A stretch of DNA of 62,644 nt, counting the filler, from Piedraia hortae CBS 480.64 (taxonomy: Eukaryota): assembly GCA_010093745.1 (NCBI GenBank). It is 5 parts of 5 records of this genome, joined end to end, with 100 filler letters (N's around TTAATTAATTAA, not from the genome) between each part and the next. Parts side by side here need not be neighbours in the genome. Positions count along the whole stretch, not along the records: positions 1 to 17,339 come from MU006067.1; positions 17,440 to 31,206 come from MU006070.1; 3 more parts are not named here. One strand, written 5' to 3'. The notes beneath the pieces were generated by a model. That model saw nothing but the letters and a program-made list of their open reading frames with translations, made no database searches and had not been told where the DNA came from. Shown here piece by piece: positions 11,206 to 22,663 of this stretch. Every line of letters starts with the position of its first letter. Within the stretch, counting starts at the first letter, position 1. Made by a program: the position numbers and the translations under genes.

Positions 11206-13782
11206 CTACTTTCTCCTCGCAGGCCTAGCATTCTTCTCCCTCCTCTTCTCCTTCAACCTCCTCAATTTCCTAACCTCCTCCTTCCCACGAAGTTCACTCT
11301 TGACTTTATCTCCCACAACTCCTCTCTCCTTGGCCTTCTCCCACTTAACCTTCTTCTCCTGGTAATCATCCCTAAACTTGTCCGGCCGTTTAGGCGCTTT
11401 ATCCTTGAAATTCCTAAACCTCCCCCCTTTCGCAGTCTGAACAATACCACTCCGATCCTCCTGCTCCCCAACACCAGGCAACCTCCTCATTCTCCTCTCT
11501 TTCAACCACTTCTCAAACCTCCCACTTTTGAGGCTTGCTGGGACCTTCCTCCCCCCTTCACCGATAATGAACTTCCCCCCGCCGCGTGACCCATCGAGAT
11601 CATTCTCGCGCCGGACGTACTTTTTAGCTTTCTTATCCCACCGCATTTTTGAGTTGGAGACTTCGTCTGTAAAGAGATCCATCCGAGCTGAGGCCGCGGC
11701 GGAGAGGAAGTGGGACGCTTGCGCTGTGCCGGAGGAGATGCCGTAGCCTCTGTCTTCGGCGGGGTTGGTGGACGGGTGGTAAGAAATGTAGTTTTCTGGG
11801 TCGCGGAAGGAGGGGACCGCTTCCGCCTCTGAATCCGAGTCGGCGCGGGTGAGGACTAGTTCCTCCTCGTCGGAGTCGGGGTCGGAGGACGAGGCTGGAG
11901 GCTGGGCCTGTTTGGGCTTCGAGTCAGGCTCTGCTTCGTCTTTCAGCTGAGCAGACTTCTCCTTCTGGATGAACTTGGCGCGTTGGCGGCGGATGATCTC
12001 CGCTGTTTCGGTGTTGGCGGCCCCACGCCGACCGATTTCGAAGACGGTTTCTTGGGGCCGGAAACTGCTGATTTTGGCGAGCATGGCTAACCGGGCTTTT
12101 TCCCCTGCGTCTTCTTCGCTGTCGGCGAAGAGGGCGTTGGTGCCAATCGCTCCGAGCTGTTTGGCGCGTTTGACGCTCTCTGTGGATGCACCGTTGCGTG
12201 TGCGGAGATACTGTCTCTCTCCCTTTGTCGCTACATCACGCATAGATGAGAGGTCGACGTCTTCGGTGAGGAGTTTGGTGATTTCTTCGACTCTGGGTTC
12301 GATCTGATCCCGAACCATATCGCCCACGACGATGCTGGATTTGAACATGTTCTCGTTGCTTTTGGGACAAGATTGGCCGAGCACGAGGCTCCGTCCTAGG
12401 AAGAGCTGCAGATCGAGGAGGTAGGGCATATCCTTCTCCGTCACGAAGCTATAGGACCAACCTGATTTTCCAGCTCGCGCGGTGCGACCGACGCGGTGGA
12501 CGAAGATCTTGGGCTGCGAGGGAAAGTCGTAGTTTATCACGTTTGCGAGGATGGGAATGTCGAGCCCTCGCGCCGCAACGTCAGTCACGACGAGGATGTT
12601 GGTGCGGCCGCAGCGGAAGTCGTGGACTTGGGCTTTACGTGCTGTTTGGTCGAGTGAGCCGTAGACAAACGAGGTTGCGTAGTTGTACGCTTTAAGCAGG
12701 TTGGCGAGGTATTCAACGTGGTGTTTTGTGGCTGCGAATATGACTGTAGAGTGCGGCGATGGCGTTTCCTTTGCATCCTCCCGCTTGCGTTTCTTGATGG
12801 TCTTTTCTGGTGCTTTTGCTGGCGCGCCCGTAGGCATCTGGATGACCCTCTGTAGCAAGCAAAGCAACGCACCCTCTTTCTCCGTCCGCTTGACCGTCAA
12901 GAAAGCGCTCTCCAAGCCGGGAGAGATCTTGCTTTCTGCATCCAAACGAACCAGTTGGGGGTCTTGCAGGCCAGCCCGGGCGAACTCAACCAAACTATTT
13001 GGCAGGGTAGCAGAAAACAGCAACGTCTGTCTTGAAGCCGGAAGGGAATGAAGGATCTCATGCAGCTGTGCAGCGAAACCCATCTCAAACAAGCGGTCCG
13101 CTTCGTCAAAGACTATATACCTGACGGAGCTGAGCTCGAGGCCCATTTCAACTTTCAAATGTTCGAACCGACCGGGCGTTGCAATGATGATATCAGGATT
13201 AGATGCAATATTGCCAAACTGATCTTCCAGACTGTCACCACCCACCAGCAGAGTCGTGCGGAGATCTGTTCCCTTGCCCAGCTCCCTGACAACTTTGAGC
13301 GTCTGCAAGGCCAACTCCCGAGAAGGCGACAACACAACAGCCCTCGCCCCGACTTTTGCCGAATGAGACTTGAGTTTTTCAATCATTGGGATCACAAACG
13401 CTGCCGTTTTTCCTGACCCTGTCCTGGCCATGCCGACGACATCGTGGCCGTCTAGAATCAGTGGCATAGTCTTGCGTTGGATCGGTGTAGGAACTGTAAA
13501 CCCTTTACGGGCGATCGCTTTAAGCAAAGTCGTCGCCAGGCCCATAGACTGAAACGCTCCGGATTTTCTGGCGCTCTTGTTGTCACTCTTACGGTTTGCA
13601 GCCGCTTGCGTGGCGGCGATAAACGCTTCGTCATCGTCATCGTCTTCAAAATCCAGCTCTGGGATCTCAAGTTTTGCTCTTTTCGAATGCGGTTGAGAAT
13701 CGCTATCTGATCCTTCTTGGAAGAGGGACTTTGATATATCCACCTCATTCTCCGAAACTGCTGGAGACGCCGCCCTCGCCAT
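11206..13782 (-). CDS. DBP10: ATP-dependent RNA helicase DBP10 (DDX54), 60S biogenesis; intronless
   Basis: Q motif [42 protein letters not shown]10 C-terminal [10 protein letters not shown]...[12 protein letters not shown]. Confidence 0.95.
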   Translation of the reverse strand: MARAASPAVSENEVDISKSLFQEGSDSDSQPHSKRAKLEIPELDFEDDDDDEAFIAATQAAANRKSDNKSARKSGAFQSMGLATTLLKAIARKGFTVPTPIQRKTMPLILDGHDVVGMARTGSGKTAAFVIPMIEKLKSHSAKVGARAVVLSPSRELALQTLKVVRELGKGTDLRTTLLVGGDSLEDQFGNIASNPDIIIATPGRFEHLKVEMGLELSSVRYIVFDEADRLFEMGFAAQLHEILHSLPASRQTLLFSATLPNSLVEFARAGLQDPQLVRLDAESKISPGLESAFLTVKRTEKEGALLCLLQRVIQMPTGAPAKAPEKTIKKRKREDAKETPSPHSTVIFAATKHHVEYLANLLKAYNYATSFVYGSLDQTARKAQVHDFRCGRTNILVVTDVAARGLDIPILANVINYDFPSQPKIFVHRVGRTARAGKSGWSYSFVTEKDMPYLLDLQLFLGRSLVLGQSCPKSNENMFKSSIVVGDMVRDQIEPRVEEITKLLTEDVDLSSMRDVATKGERQYLRTRNGASTESVKRAKQLGAIGTNALFADSEEDAGEKARLAMLAKISSFRPQETVFEIGRRGAANTETAEIIRRQRAKFIQKEKSAQLKDEAEPDSKPKQAQPPASSSDPDSDEEELVLTRADSDSEAEAVPSFRDPENYISYHPSTNPAEDRGYGISSGTAQASHFLSAAASARMDLFTDEVSNSKMRWDKKAKKYVRRENDLDGSRGGGKFIIGEGGRKVPASLKSGRFEKWLKERRMRRLPGVGEQEDRSGIVQTAKGGRFRNFKDKAPKRPDKFRDDYQEKKVKWEKAKERGVVGDKVKSELRGKEEVRKLRRLKEKRREKNARPARRK

Positions 13783-13908
13783 TATCCGATCGTGTATCAA
13801 ATAATTGTCAGTGGTCTTGCGCCTTAAATCCTAATGAGCCGACCTAACCCTGATGTTTGCTGCCAACCCTAATCCACACTGTCACGTCGGCGTTGCGCGT
13901 CAGTCAAC
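13783..13908. promoter_or_regulatory. 126-bp bidirectional promoter between DBP10 and RPA32
   Basis: Head-to-head ATGs; contains AACCCT(A/G)A telobox-like motifs and an MCB-like CGCGT next to RPA32. Confidence 0.6.
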
Positions 13909-14694
13909 ATGGATTACTCAGGCGGCCACGGCGGCGGCTTCATGCCCAGTTCGCAGGCAAATGATACATCAGGCGGCAAGAAATCCTATGGCAAGGACAC
14001 GCTGCGGCCGGTGACGATCAAGCAGCTGCTTGACGCTCAGCATCCCCACCCAGACGCCGAATATTTCCTGCTCGATGGCAGCGAGACAACGCAGGTGACA
14101 TTCGTTGCCCAAGTGCGCAGTATCAGCGCACAGACGACCAACATTACGTACCGCTTAGACGACGGCACGGGGATTATCGAAGCCAAGGTGTGGATCGATT
14201 CTGACGAACAAAATCGCGAATCGGACGACAGCTCGTCCAAGCCAAGACCCACAGAGCAGCAATATGTGCGCGTCTGGGGCCGGTTAAAGGTGTTCAATGA
14301 GAAGAGACACGTTGGAGCCAACATGGTGCGGCCAATTCAAGACTTTAATGAGATACAGTATCATCTGCTAGAGGCTACCGTCGTCCACCTCCATTTCACA
14401 CGCGGACCGCTTGGGGGCGTAAAGAAGGAGGAGGGAGCCGGAGCTACGGCTACATCCGGTAGTGCAAACGCCGCCAACGCGTCCGTCCCGCCGGGTCTCA
14501 GCAAACCGGCCCAGAGGGTATATCTGGCGCTGAAGGAAATAGGCCACTCGGAGGCCGGCACTCATATGCAAGAGATTGCGCAGCACACGCGAATGGACGT
14601 TAGCGATGTGATGACCGGCGGCGATGAGCTGGTCAACAAGGGCATCATCTTCACCACTGGAGACGACCACACCTGGCAGATGCTGGAGATCTGA
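13909..14694 (+). CDS. RFA2: Replication protein A 32-kDa subunit (RPA2/Rfa2/Ssb2); intronless
   Basis: GGGFM N-terminus, TLRPVTIKQL, LDDGTG OB fold, FNEIQYHLLEA, C-terminal winged helix GIIFTTGDDHTW. Confidence 0.93.
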   Translation: MDYSGGHGGGFMPSSQANDTSGGKKSYGKDTLRPVTIKQLLDAQHPHPDAEYFLLDGSETTQVTFVAQVRSISAQTTNITYRLDDGTGIIEAKVWIDSDEQNRESDDSSSKPRPTEQQYVRVWGRLKVFNEKRHVGANMVRPIQDFNEIQYHLLEATVVHLHFTRGPLGGVKKEEGAGATATSGSANAANASVPPGLSKPAQRVYLALKEIGHSEAGTHMQEIAQHTRMDVSDVMTGGDELVNKGIIFTTGDDHTWQMLEI

Positions 14695-14708
14695 TCTGGG
14701 CAGGGTTT

Positions 14709-15230
14709 TCACGTCCTCCGCCCGGCATTTGTAGCTAGAAATAGCAGACACGACGCCATGATCGAGCCCGCCACCAGTATGAACACCAGCTGAGTCTCGG
14801 TGCCACTCTGCACCAGTGCCCGTCTCTGTGAATACTTGTTCACCGTCTTGACGTAGTTTGCAAAGCCCACAGCTAGACATGCCAAGGCCATTAGCCAGAA
14901 GATAATGCCCAATGGTAGGGCTGCCTTGTGCTCCACTTTCGTTGGCTGATTCTTGAGGTGGAACGATACCAGTATCGCTACCGCCACCACAGCCATGTAG
15001 GTTGACAGACGGAGCCACGAAAGGAACGCTTTTCTGTGTCAGTCATCAATCAGTTGTGATGCCATAGTGAACGCACTCCTTTCCGCTGCACAATGGTCCC
15101 GTGCATCGGAATCATTGTTTTCGAACAACAGTGCTCCCAGCAATGGAGATTTTGTGAACACACCGCTCCCGGCTGAATTGTGTCTATGCAGCGTGTTGAG
15201 TTTTGGATTCTGACAGGAACGAGTATGTGC
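14709..15230 (-). CDS. DUF202 (YidH-like) membrane protein; intron 15029-15076; 5' end uncertain
   Basis: Spliced product reads LLFENNDSDARDHCAAER|TFLSWLRL, then three TM helices. Confidence 0.8.
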
Positions 15231-15408
15231 CTACTGATGTACTAGGACCGGACGAGTTCCGACAGGATTATAGAGGGGATTATAAGGCTCATTCCAAAAC
15301 TCAAGATCCGCATTCGACGGTCTGCGTGATGGTGCTCTGGGCATTGCGTATTGAATGTCGTGGTGAGGTTCATACGCTATGCCGGAAACGGACAAGGCAA
15401 CCACGGAC

Positions 15409-15534
15409 TGTTGTGAATACGCGGTATATTACGCGCATTATTAGTAATCGGCGCTCGCCTCTCGACTTGACGCGTTAACTAATTTTTAGTAGACTTGTGT
15501 GCATACAGGTTCACATCTACTCACAATTATAACA
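15409..15534 (+). mobile_element. Complete solo LTR, family A (126 bp)
   Basis: TGTT...AACA termini with exact 5-bp TSD CGGAC (15404-15408 and 15535-15539); five other partial copies in the window. Confidence 0.92.
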
Positions 15535-15660
15535 CGGACGAACACCCCTCGTGGACCTGCGTGAGGCAGCAAGGTAGATCAATCGAACAACTGTTCTCAT
15601 CACGGTTAACGCTATGGCCAATACCCCTGCTCTAAACTCCATGCTCAACACGGCCCAGCT

Positions 15661-16092
15661 CTAATACCGGTACCTAGTCGAATAATCCTTCGGACTCACC
15701 ACCAAACCCCTCCCCTTCTTGGCTCCCTTGTAAACCGTCTCGAGTATATCAATCATTTCCTGTTTATCCTCCAACACCCAGTTGAGCTTATTGTTATTCC
15801 CCGTCCCGAAATCGCACATCATGTGTTTATTGCGGAAGAAGAACATGATCGTCATCGGATCGTAAAGCTCGTACATTTGCTTGAAATCGGGCACCTGGTC
15901 AAGGTCGCAGACGTAAATGACGGCAAAGTTCTTGACGCGGTCAGCAATTTTGTAGAGAATTTCGTCCTGTCGCATACAGTCCGGGTCCCAATCGCGTCCA
16001 AACCGGATAACCACCAACCGATCTTCCTCGGAGATTATGGCTTGATCGACGTGCCAGCCGGTTACAAGATGTGGGATGACTACGGAGCCCAT
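15661..16092 (-). CDS. DIB1: U5 snRNP 15-kDa protein Dib1/Dim1 (TXNL4A); intronless
   Basis: MGSVVIPHL...HVDQAI..EEDRLVVIRFG...NKHMMCDFGTGNNNKLNW...KGRGLVVSPKDYSTRYRY. Confidence 0.96.
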   Translation of the reverse strand: MGSVVIPHLVTGWHVDQAIISEEDRLVVIRFGRDWDPDCMRQDEILYKIADRVKNFAVIYVCDLDQVPDFKQMYELYDPMTIMFFFRNKHMMCDFGTGNNNKLNWVLEDKQEMIDILETVYKGAKKGRGLVVSPKDYSTRYRY

Positions 16093-16619
16093 GTCTGCGT
16101 TCTTGTGTTGTGTGGTTCGGAATTCAAATTTTGGCCTGGTGTTGGGGCAGAGGGGGTGAGTGACGCATGGCGGGACTGTTCCGCATCTGCCAAGACTCTT
16201 CCACTTTTCATCTCCCCACTTCGATTTCCCCACGAACTCTGGATTTCCGAAAGCCAAATTCCTAACATGGAAGCACAGGTGCACTGCGTACGGTGCATAA
16301 TGGCCATTGATACTAGCGATGGCGCACTAAGAAAATCGTTGGCGGAAAGGACGAAGCAATAGGATAATTCATTAAACTTTGGAGCGTTGAACCTATTACC
16401 TCTCATAACGTCTACATGATGGATTTTTCTCTCAGCTGTGCTGCGACACATGTCATTGAATGCTCAGCAGCCTGCATATCACGGCTTTCGAGACAGTACG
16501 GTGCACTGGCCGGAGGGATTGGGCAATCCAGATGGCTTTGCAAGGGTGCAATCCAATTTCCACTCACTTCCTTCTCCTCGAAGACAATTGCGGTGAAGCA
16601 CAGGGTGTTCCTAGCGAAG

Positions 16620-16880
16620 AGAATATCAGCGTGACAACAGCAAAACACTGGCTGCATGGCTTGGGGTACAGCACGAGCAAAGCGCACAAAGTGCATTTGC
16701 TTTGACGGACACGAGCGAGAGGATGTGAAAGAGCCCCGCCAACGTCACGTCGAGGAGTGGGAGCGACTCGAGTCCATGTTCACCAAGTGGACCGAGGTTG
16801 GTGAGCTGAGCCCCTTTGCCAGGAGGCCAGAAAAGATACATTTCCATCATCCACGACGTTTTCTTTATTTGCCAAAATGA
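16620..16880 (+). mobile_element. Degenerate IS630/Tc1-like DDE transposase fragment
   Basis: Frameshifted motifs ISVTTAKHWLHGLGY, FDGHEREDV, IIHD..F..ND. Confidence 0.6.
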
Positions 16881-17000
16881 CAAAACTTCGGATTCTCACT
16901 CGAAAACGCTTTTTGGGGGTTGGCGGTCCGACTACCTTACCATATATTGGGTAAGATTGGTACGATGACACTCAGCACTTTCTCAAGACAATCAAGGTTA

Positions 17001-17096
17001 ACTTCGGGATACGTTTTCAACGTGGGAAGCGGTGCGATCAGCTGGTCATCGAAAAGACAGCCGATTGTTTCGCTGTCCACTTGTGAAGCGGAGTAT
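17001..17096 (+). mobile_element. Ty1/copia RNase H fragment
   Basis: [32 protein letters not shown] is the canonical copia RNase H motif. Confidence 0.9.
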
Positions 17097-17295
17097 CTAA
17101 GGATTAGAGTTTCACGCCACAGATGCATTGGGACAATCCATCGCAAGTTGTCAAATGGGTACCACCGGGGTGTCCCGTTTTGTGACCACAGCCAATAAAG
17201 ATGGATTCTAATCAGCGGGGTCGTAGAGAAACGACACCGTTCGAGCGCAAAGTTGCTGTGCAGCTGTTCCTATACGCCAATCAATGCCACAAGGT

Positions 17296-17339
17296 TATTA
17301 TAATTGTGAGCAGATGTGTACCTGCATACAAATCTCTAC
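17296..17339 (-). mobile_element. Partial LTR, family A, at contig end
   Basis: T(A)TTATAATTGTGAGCAGATGTG... matches the reverse complement of the 15534 end; terminal TG is changed to TA. Confidence 0.85.
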
Positions 17340-17439
17340 NNNNNNNNNNNNNNNNNNNNNNNNNNNNNNNNNNNNNNNNNNNNTTAATTAATTAANNNNN
17401 NNNNNNNNNNNNNNNNNNNNNNNNNNNNNNNNNNNNNNN
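17340..17439. other. Artificial contig linker (N + TTAATTAATTAA + N)
   Basis: 100-bp N spacer with six-frame stop cassette; identical at four places. Confidence 0.99.
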
Positions 17440-17732
17440 GTGAGCGCCTTGACGAGCTTCGGATGGCAATGGCCCTGGTTGACGGCTGAGTAGGCCGAAA
17501 GAAAGTCGAGGTAGTGCTTGCCCTCGGGGTCCCACACCGAACATCCCGACGCTCTCGCAAAGACAATGGGCAGCGGGTGGTAGTTGTGCGCGGCGTGAGC
17601 CGCTTCGGTTTCGATCGCCGCCTGCGATGATTCTGTGTGCACATGGGACGCCGCCGGCTTGAAGGTCGCCGCTGTCGCGTTCAACGTGGCCCCAATGGCC
17701 TGTTCAGTCTTCTCAATAGCGCCTGGAGCCAT
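17440..17732 (-). CDS. CAR2: Ornithine aminotransferase, 5' part (cut by contig end)
   Basis: [44 protein letters not shown]. Confidence 0.95.
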
Positions 17733-17994
17733 GGTGAACCAATTGTTTGGGAAGTCAAACGCTTGCGGTCATTCAACATTTTCTTTAACCCCGCGGGGCC
17801 CCGCATACCGCTTACTAGCGGCTCAACGTTAAGCATTAGCCCTATATGTCATGAGTGACGAAAGTAATCATAAGTAACAGCTTTTGTCATGATTAACAAC
17901 GCTTTCGTGAATTATGTTCTAGAGTGTCCCAACGCCTCATGCTCTGCTTCGCCGTCTTAGGTGGATGTCGTGCCCGTCCAGAGTACCAGACCTT

Positions 17995-18459
17995 TCAATC
18001 ACTTGATACTACCTCCTGCTGCTTTCCATTCTTCCAGTATGTGCCATTGACGGCGGCGCTGATGCCCACGCCGACCGCTATCAGGATTCCGACAACCAAA
18101 ACCGCCATGACGATGCGAATAGCCAATCGCTGACGCTTGCTCAAATTCGACCACCTGTCTTTGATGGGGGCGCATGAGAGTAGGCCCTTGTCTGCCCGTC
18201 GTCGTCGCTTCTCCTCTTGACGTTGCTGCACCAGCGTTTGTCGCGACGGCCACATTCTGCATTCCTTGATGTCGACGCTGACCTTGTTTGTGAAAGGGTT
18301 TTCGTCGTTGATCGACAGCGGCGTCGCTGCACCGCTCTCCATGTCCGTCTCGAAGGGCGCCAGCTTTTCGGCGGAGCCTGCCGGGGTGAGCACAGAAGAC
18401 GTCATGGCCGACTTCTCAATCGAGGCCCCAAAGGTAGAAGTGGTAGGTTGCGTGGCCAT
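17995..18459 (-). CDS. Small single-pass membrane protein (154 aa)
   Basis: Intact ORF; basic segment followed by hydrophobic AIRIVMAVLVVGILIAVGVGISAAV. Confidence 0.75.
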   Translation of the reverse strand: MATQPTTSTFGASIEKSAMTSSVLTPAGSAEKLAPFETDMESGAATPLSINDENPFTNKVSVDIKECRMWPSRQTLVQQRQEEKRRRRADKGLLSCAPIKDRWSNLSKRQRLAIRIVMAVLVVGILIAVGVGISAAVNGTYWKNGKQQEVVSSD

Positions 18460-18805
18460 TAAAGGTGGTTATGTCGGAGGTCACGCCTTCCCTCCTCAAA
18501 TCTTTACAGTGGCAGGGCTGACCGCGCGTATAAAAGGCAGTTAATCAATCAAGAACATGCGGTTGACGCCTGTTGCATCTGCTGCGTCAGGGGTTTATTA
18601 TTGGCAGTCAGATGGTACGCGTCGCCGTTATTATTAGCGCTTTGACCACTCAGAGCGTTAGAAACAGCCTCTATTACGCAACCGTCCCCTAATTGAAGTG
18701 GCGCCGTGAGTCAGGGGTGGGAACAGCTTCCAGCTGCAAGCCCCAGTCGATCTTTCGCTAATCCACTTTGAGCCTAGTGTCTCAATCTCTAAAGATCCTG
18801 CCCGC

Positions 18806-18830
18806 CCAAGGCCAAGGCCAAGGCCAAGGC
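18806..18830. repeat. (CCAAGG)4 microsatellite
   Basis: Four perfect hexamer copies. Confidence 0.85.
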
Positions 18831-19151
18831 TCAGTGGAGGTCATCAAGACTTGTAATGACATTAGCTTGCAATATCACGTAGATTGCTTTTTCAATTGAT
18901 GCCCGGGTTCCCAACACGATCCTAGCACGGGTAAATCTCGTTCCCGGCGCCATCCGTTGGCTCCCTGCCATGGCTGGATCCATGGTAATTGATTGGTTTG
19001 TCAGGACAGCAACCTGCATTTGTCGCGTTATCATTATACGTCACTGTCCCAACGGCTTTTAACGTTGCATCGCCACTTGGATCTGCCGTGGCCATGTCGC
19101 GAGCACAACAGGAAATGCTCGAGGATGGCGAGAGATATTGGCAGGCTACCC

Positions 19152-19332
19152 TGTCACGACACGAGGCTAAGGACGAGGGGTCGGGGTCGAGGGATCGATG
19201 AGAGACAAGGGTGAGAGGCTCAAAGCAATAGACTATGGACTAGAGGACTGCGTAGACCCTCTGTAGACAGAGGACAATGCATGAAAAAGAGAAGAGGAAA
19301 GTCAGTGCCCGCCTGAGCCCTGAGTTCTGACA
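19152..19332. mobile_element. Solo LTR, family E (181 bp)
   Basis: TGTCA...TGACA termini with exact 5-bp TSD TACCC (19147-19151 and 19333-19337). Confidence 0.85.
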
Positions 19333-20413
19333 TACCCCAACCTATCAGTCAGTAGAATAGGTTGAAATGTTCCTTTTGCTTGTGCTACACAGAGTGATTA
19401 CACAGAATACGAATTGAACGGCAAGGAAGTGCCAGGGTACACACTGGAGCGGTGGAGTCAGTCTATCCACATCACCAGTTTTCATGCGATCGTTCGGTGA
19501 TGTGGAGCGACACGTGAACAGCAGCCGAACCATGACTGAACACGGAGGTCGTTCTCCCATTCCATGTGATGATCGATTTATCCTAATCGTGAAGCTACGC
19601 TGTTACAAACATGCAAAACGTTTCCACTCAAGAGCATTCCCTTCTCAATCTCCTATACGCAGACAACTGGCAAGCGTGCTTTTGGCGATTCCTGACAAGG
19701 AGTCATCCTTTCCAACCTCGAGGGCTCTTTCAAGCTTTCTTTGCCGTTTGGCCTAGTCTGGCGGAAACCCCACCAAACTCGTATACTTTCCTGTATCCTA
19801 ATTATCTTCAGACTTCGATTCTTGAACCGTCCGCCAAGAGCGAATAAGTTGCCATGCATATCAATTTCTAGAATTCATTTACAATTTGTAAGCGAACCAT
19901 TTTACAACCATCAAATCACGATACGGTGCATTTCATAACATATCGTTTCACCAATCCCATGCTCGGTTTTTGTGGGTGATAAATCACCAGGCACAATGAC
20001 AGCCATCATTTGCACTATCAGGAGCGTATTGATTGGTAAAAGAAGACTGATAAGCATGCGTTTACATCTATAGAGCATTCCCTTCGCACTTGGCATATCA
20101 TAAACCCACGGGGCCTTGTTCATAACACGCAGTGCGACACCATACTACTACAGCTAACCTACTGGAATTTGCCACAACGATCCCCTCAATCATTCCCAAA
20201 TTCTCTTAGACGGAGCTGAAGTGTGAAGGAGTCTAAGCTTCTTGAGCCCAGTGCCAGAACATGCTAACAATATTGCACTTCCCAGTGACTGACTACCGTA
20301 ATTCCTTAGAGGACATTAATAGTTACCAAATTATAAGCAATGCAGCTACTCTATCCATCCGATTGATCTACCCATACTCCGAGATCGATTGACCTCCACA
20401 AACTCCAACCAAC

Positions 20414-20608
20414 TCAAAACCAACTCCTCTCCACATGAGTAGTAACCCGCCTGCCAAATCTCTTCAGTTCTATGGACCTGTACTCGTACCTCCCCGTTTC
20501 TCAGCGTAAACAACTGGACCCTGAACTCGAACAGCTAGAGCAACATTACCCTGAGCCTGAACTCGATGAGTTTCGCTTCAGTTGGTTGGGGAAGTGGACT
20601 TTGGCCAT
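20414..20608 (-). pseudogene. Pseudogenised paralog of the small Cys/Ser-rich gene at 28999-29226
   Basis: Reads MAKVHFPNQLKRNSSSSGSG*CCSSCSSSGSSCLR*ETGRYEYRSIELKRFGRRVTTHVERSWF with two in-frame stops; collinear with the intact copy. Confidence 0.85.
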
Positions 20609-21183
20609 AGCGGTAGAGGTAAGTTTTCTGAGGGGGAGGTTAGGATTTTGGGGTATATGAAGCGAAAATTGGGGGATGGATTGATGGATTGGTACGTAGA
20701 GAAGGGGAGGAGGTTTGGTGGTTGCGAGGGGGGGTACCGAAGGTATGGCTTTAGAGCACTTTTCCCCTTTAATGGGCGGCTGCAGGTCATGGGTCACATT
20801 CGTATTTCTGAAGGCATGGGCTCGTAGCCATGTGGAAATTTGGTTCGGACGCAAGGTTCCAGGTAGAATAGAGCATTTAGGCTATGGGAAGCACGGGTAT
20901 TACTGTTTTTCGAGTCATGACAATGGAGGAGATTGAACTGCATGTGCACTTTCTGTTAGTCATGGCTTCTGTGCACGTTTGCCGTTACGAAGTTGAACTC
21001 TAACGCTAGGAGGTTGGGGTAGTATGCAGTGCATATGGATCTGAACAAGAATTGTAATCGCTACCAATTTTCATGCCATGGAGGAGTTTCTCCCATGGCA
21101 TGGCACAGCTTTCCATCTGCAAAGAACCGCCCTGTGGGTGCATCCTCTCCCACAAGCTTCAGGTAACATGTGCATCTCAACGG

Positions 21184-21502
21184 GACCTGGCCCTGATTGC
21201 TTGCATTGTCACCGTTTAAGGCAAGCGTGACCTTGTACTTGCCTCGTACTGATAAGCAGAGGCGAATCCCTCTCCGACAGAAACCTGGGCACCAACAATG
21301 ACATTGCCGCCGTAGAAGCCCGAGGAAAACATGTGCATGAGGCCGCCCTTGCCGTGCACGGTACTCTCCCTTCTCAGAGACCCTTGCCGATAATGCTCCA
21401 CACCGCCCCGCCGTACACCAGGGCATATCCGTGGCAGCAGCAGCCGGTAATTTCGTGGTCCGTCTTGCCAAGTTCATCCTCGATGCCAACCGCGACGCTC
21501 TC
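21184..21502 (-). pseudogene. PDA1: Pyruvate dehydrogenase E1-alpha pseudogene fragment
   Basis: Frameshifted pieces ESVAVGIE..CHGYA, GKGGLMHMFSSGFYGGNVIVGAQV, LNGDNASNQGQV match E1-alpha motifs with substitutions. Confidence 0.88.
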
Positions 21503-22663
21503 CGGACAAGCGGCGTAAGCCGCGAAAAGAAAGGCGCAAGTCCGTAGGCCTTGCCGTTTTGAGGGCTTCAGAGGCTTGCTCTTTCGCGCGGGAACGCTGT
21601 ACCTCGCTGGGGTACCGTTGTGGGAAAAGCGGCGGCTCCGACGAGCACCGGAGTTAGAAATTGTGCTTCAGCGCCAAACTTCCAACTTCATCGCACTTCA
21701 AACTTCGTCAACCCAAATAAACGTCAGGCGAAAACAGGACTCGATGGTTCGCAGAATGTGCTCTTACGTAGTCGCTCAGGAGCCGAGATACGGACGGCAA
21801 GCTTTTAACCCGGGAGGATATTTGCACGTCAACCAAAGTCTTCGGGCGGTTCCCAGCGGGTTGGCAAAGTTCTTGTGCAAGCTGTTGTGTGCCAAGCCGC
21901 CAAACTATTGGCCTTAACGCGCCAAATTACCGGGACTGCGAACAGCAGTGTGGGGAACATGCGCGTTCGCCCGCCTCGGCCCGACCCAGCTTGGCGCTCC
22001 AGTGATCAACAACGCAAAAAGCCGTGTACAGTTACGCTCAGTTGACCCGGTCTTTCCAGAATTAAAGTGTGTTGGTTCATAGTTCTTGGTACAAAGGAAG
22101 CTTGTTACTTCCTCGACATTTTTGGTTTGCTAATGGCAGGTGTCCCTAAGCCATGATGAGCATGCCCAGGCGAAAGCAACAGAAGAGGGCCAGAGTTGAG
22201 GCTTGGAAGGGCCTACGAGGAGAAGCGGTGTGCAGATCAGTCTCGTGGGCGTTATCGAAGCCTGGTGGTGGCAGATATGTGCATCACATGGATGCTTCAT
22301 CTCTATCACAACCTTTATGGCTGCATATGACACTGGACGGTAAAACCTTCCCGAACGCCCATCCTAAGATTCTGCAACAGGATATTAAGCAATACCGCAT
22401 TTTCTACGAGTTAGTTTATAGCTACCACGCCTAACCAGACCGCCACGACTTCGGCATTGGGGACGCGACGCGCTAGAAGATGGATCATGCGCGTTCAAAC
22501 GCGTCTTACGCGATGGTGAACTTTTAGCACCGTATGCAGGTCCGGTTCCTTTTGCCCGCGTCGCCCGCGTCGCCCTCAGCTTTTCCAAGACACCGTCCTC
22601 ATTCCCCATCGCAAGAGTGCAGTATCTTCAACTACGCTGCAGTTTACTGAGACAAAGTCCAAG

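Noticed and set aside
1..17339. Contig 1 begins and ends with the same 15 nt (CATACAAATCTCTAC), suggesting a circle or a giant LTR-bounded element
   Set aside because: Both ends fall in the multi-copy family A LTR; the flanks adjoining the two LTR termini (ACCCC after 95, AAGGT before 17296) do not match as a TSD, and the content is housekeeping genes. An assembly break at repeats explains it.
17384..17395. TTAATTAATTAA palindrome repeated four times in the window
   Set aside because: Artificial linker within N runs.
19601..19940. TGTTA...TAACA bounded segment, possible LTR
   Set aside because: Flanks TACGC/TATCG do not form a TSD; single copy.
20499..20505. In-frame TGA aligned to a Cys codon of the paralog (selenocysteine-like)
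   Set aside because: The same copy also has an in-frame TAA, and ascomycetes are not known to use selenocysteine; a pseudogene is simpler.
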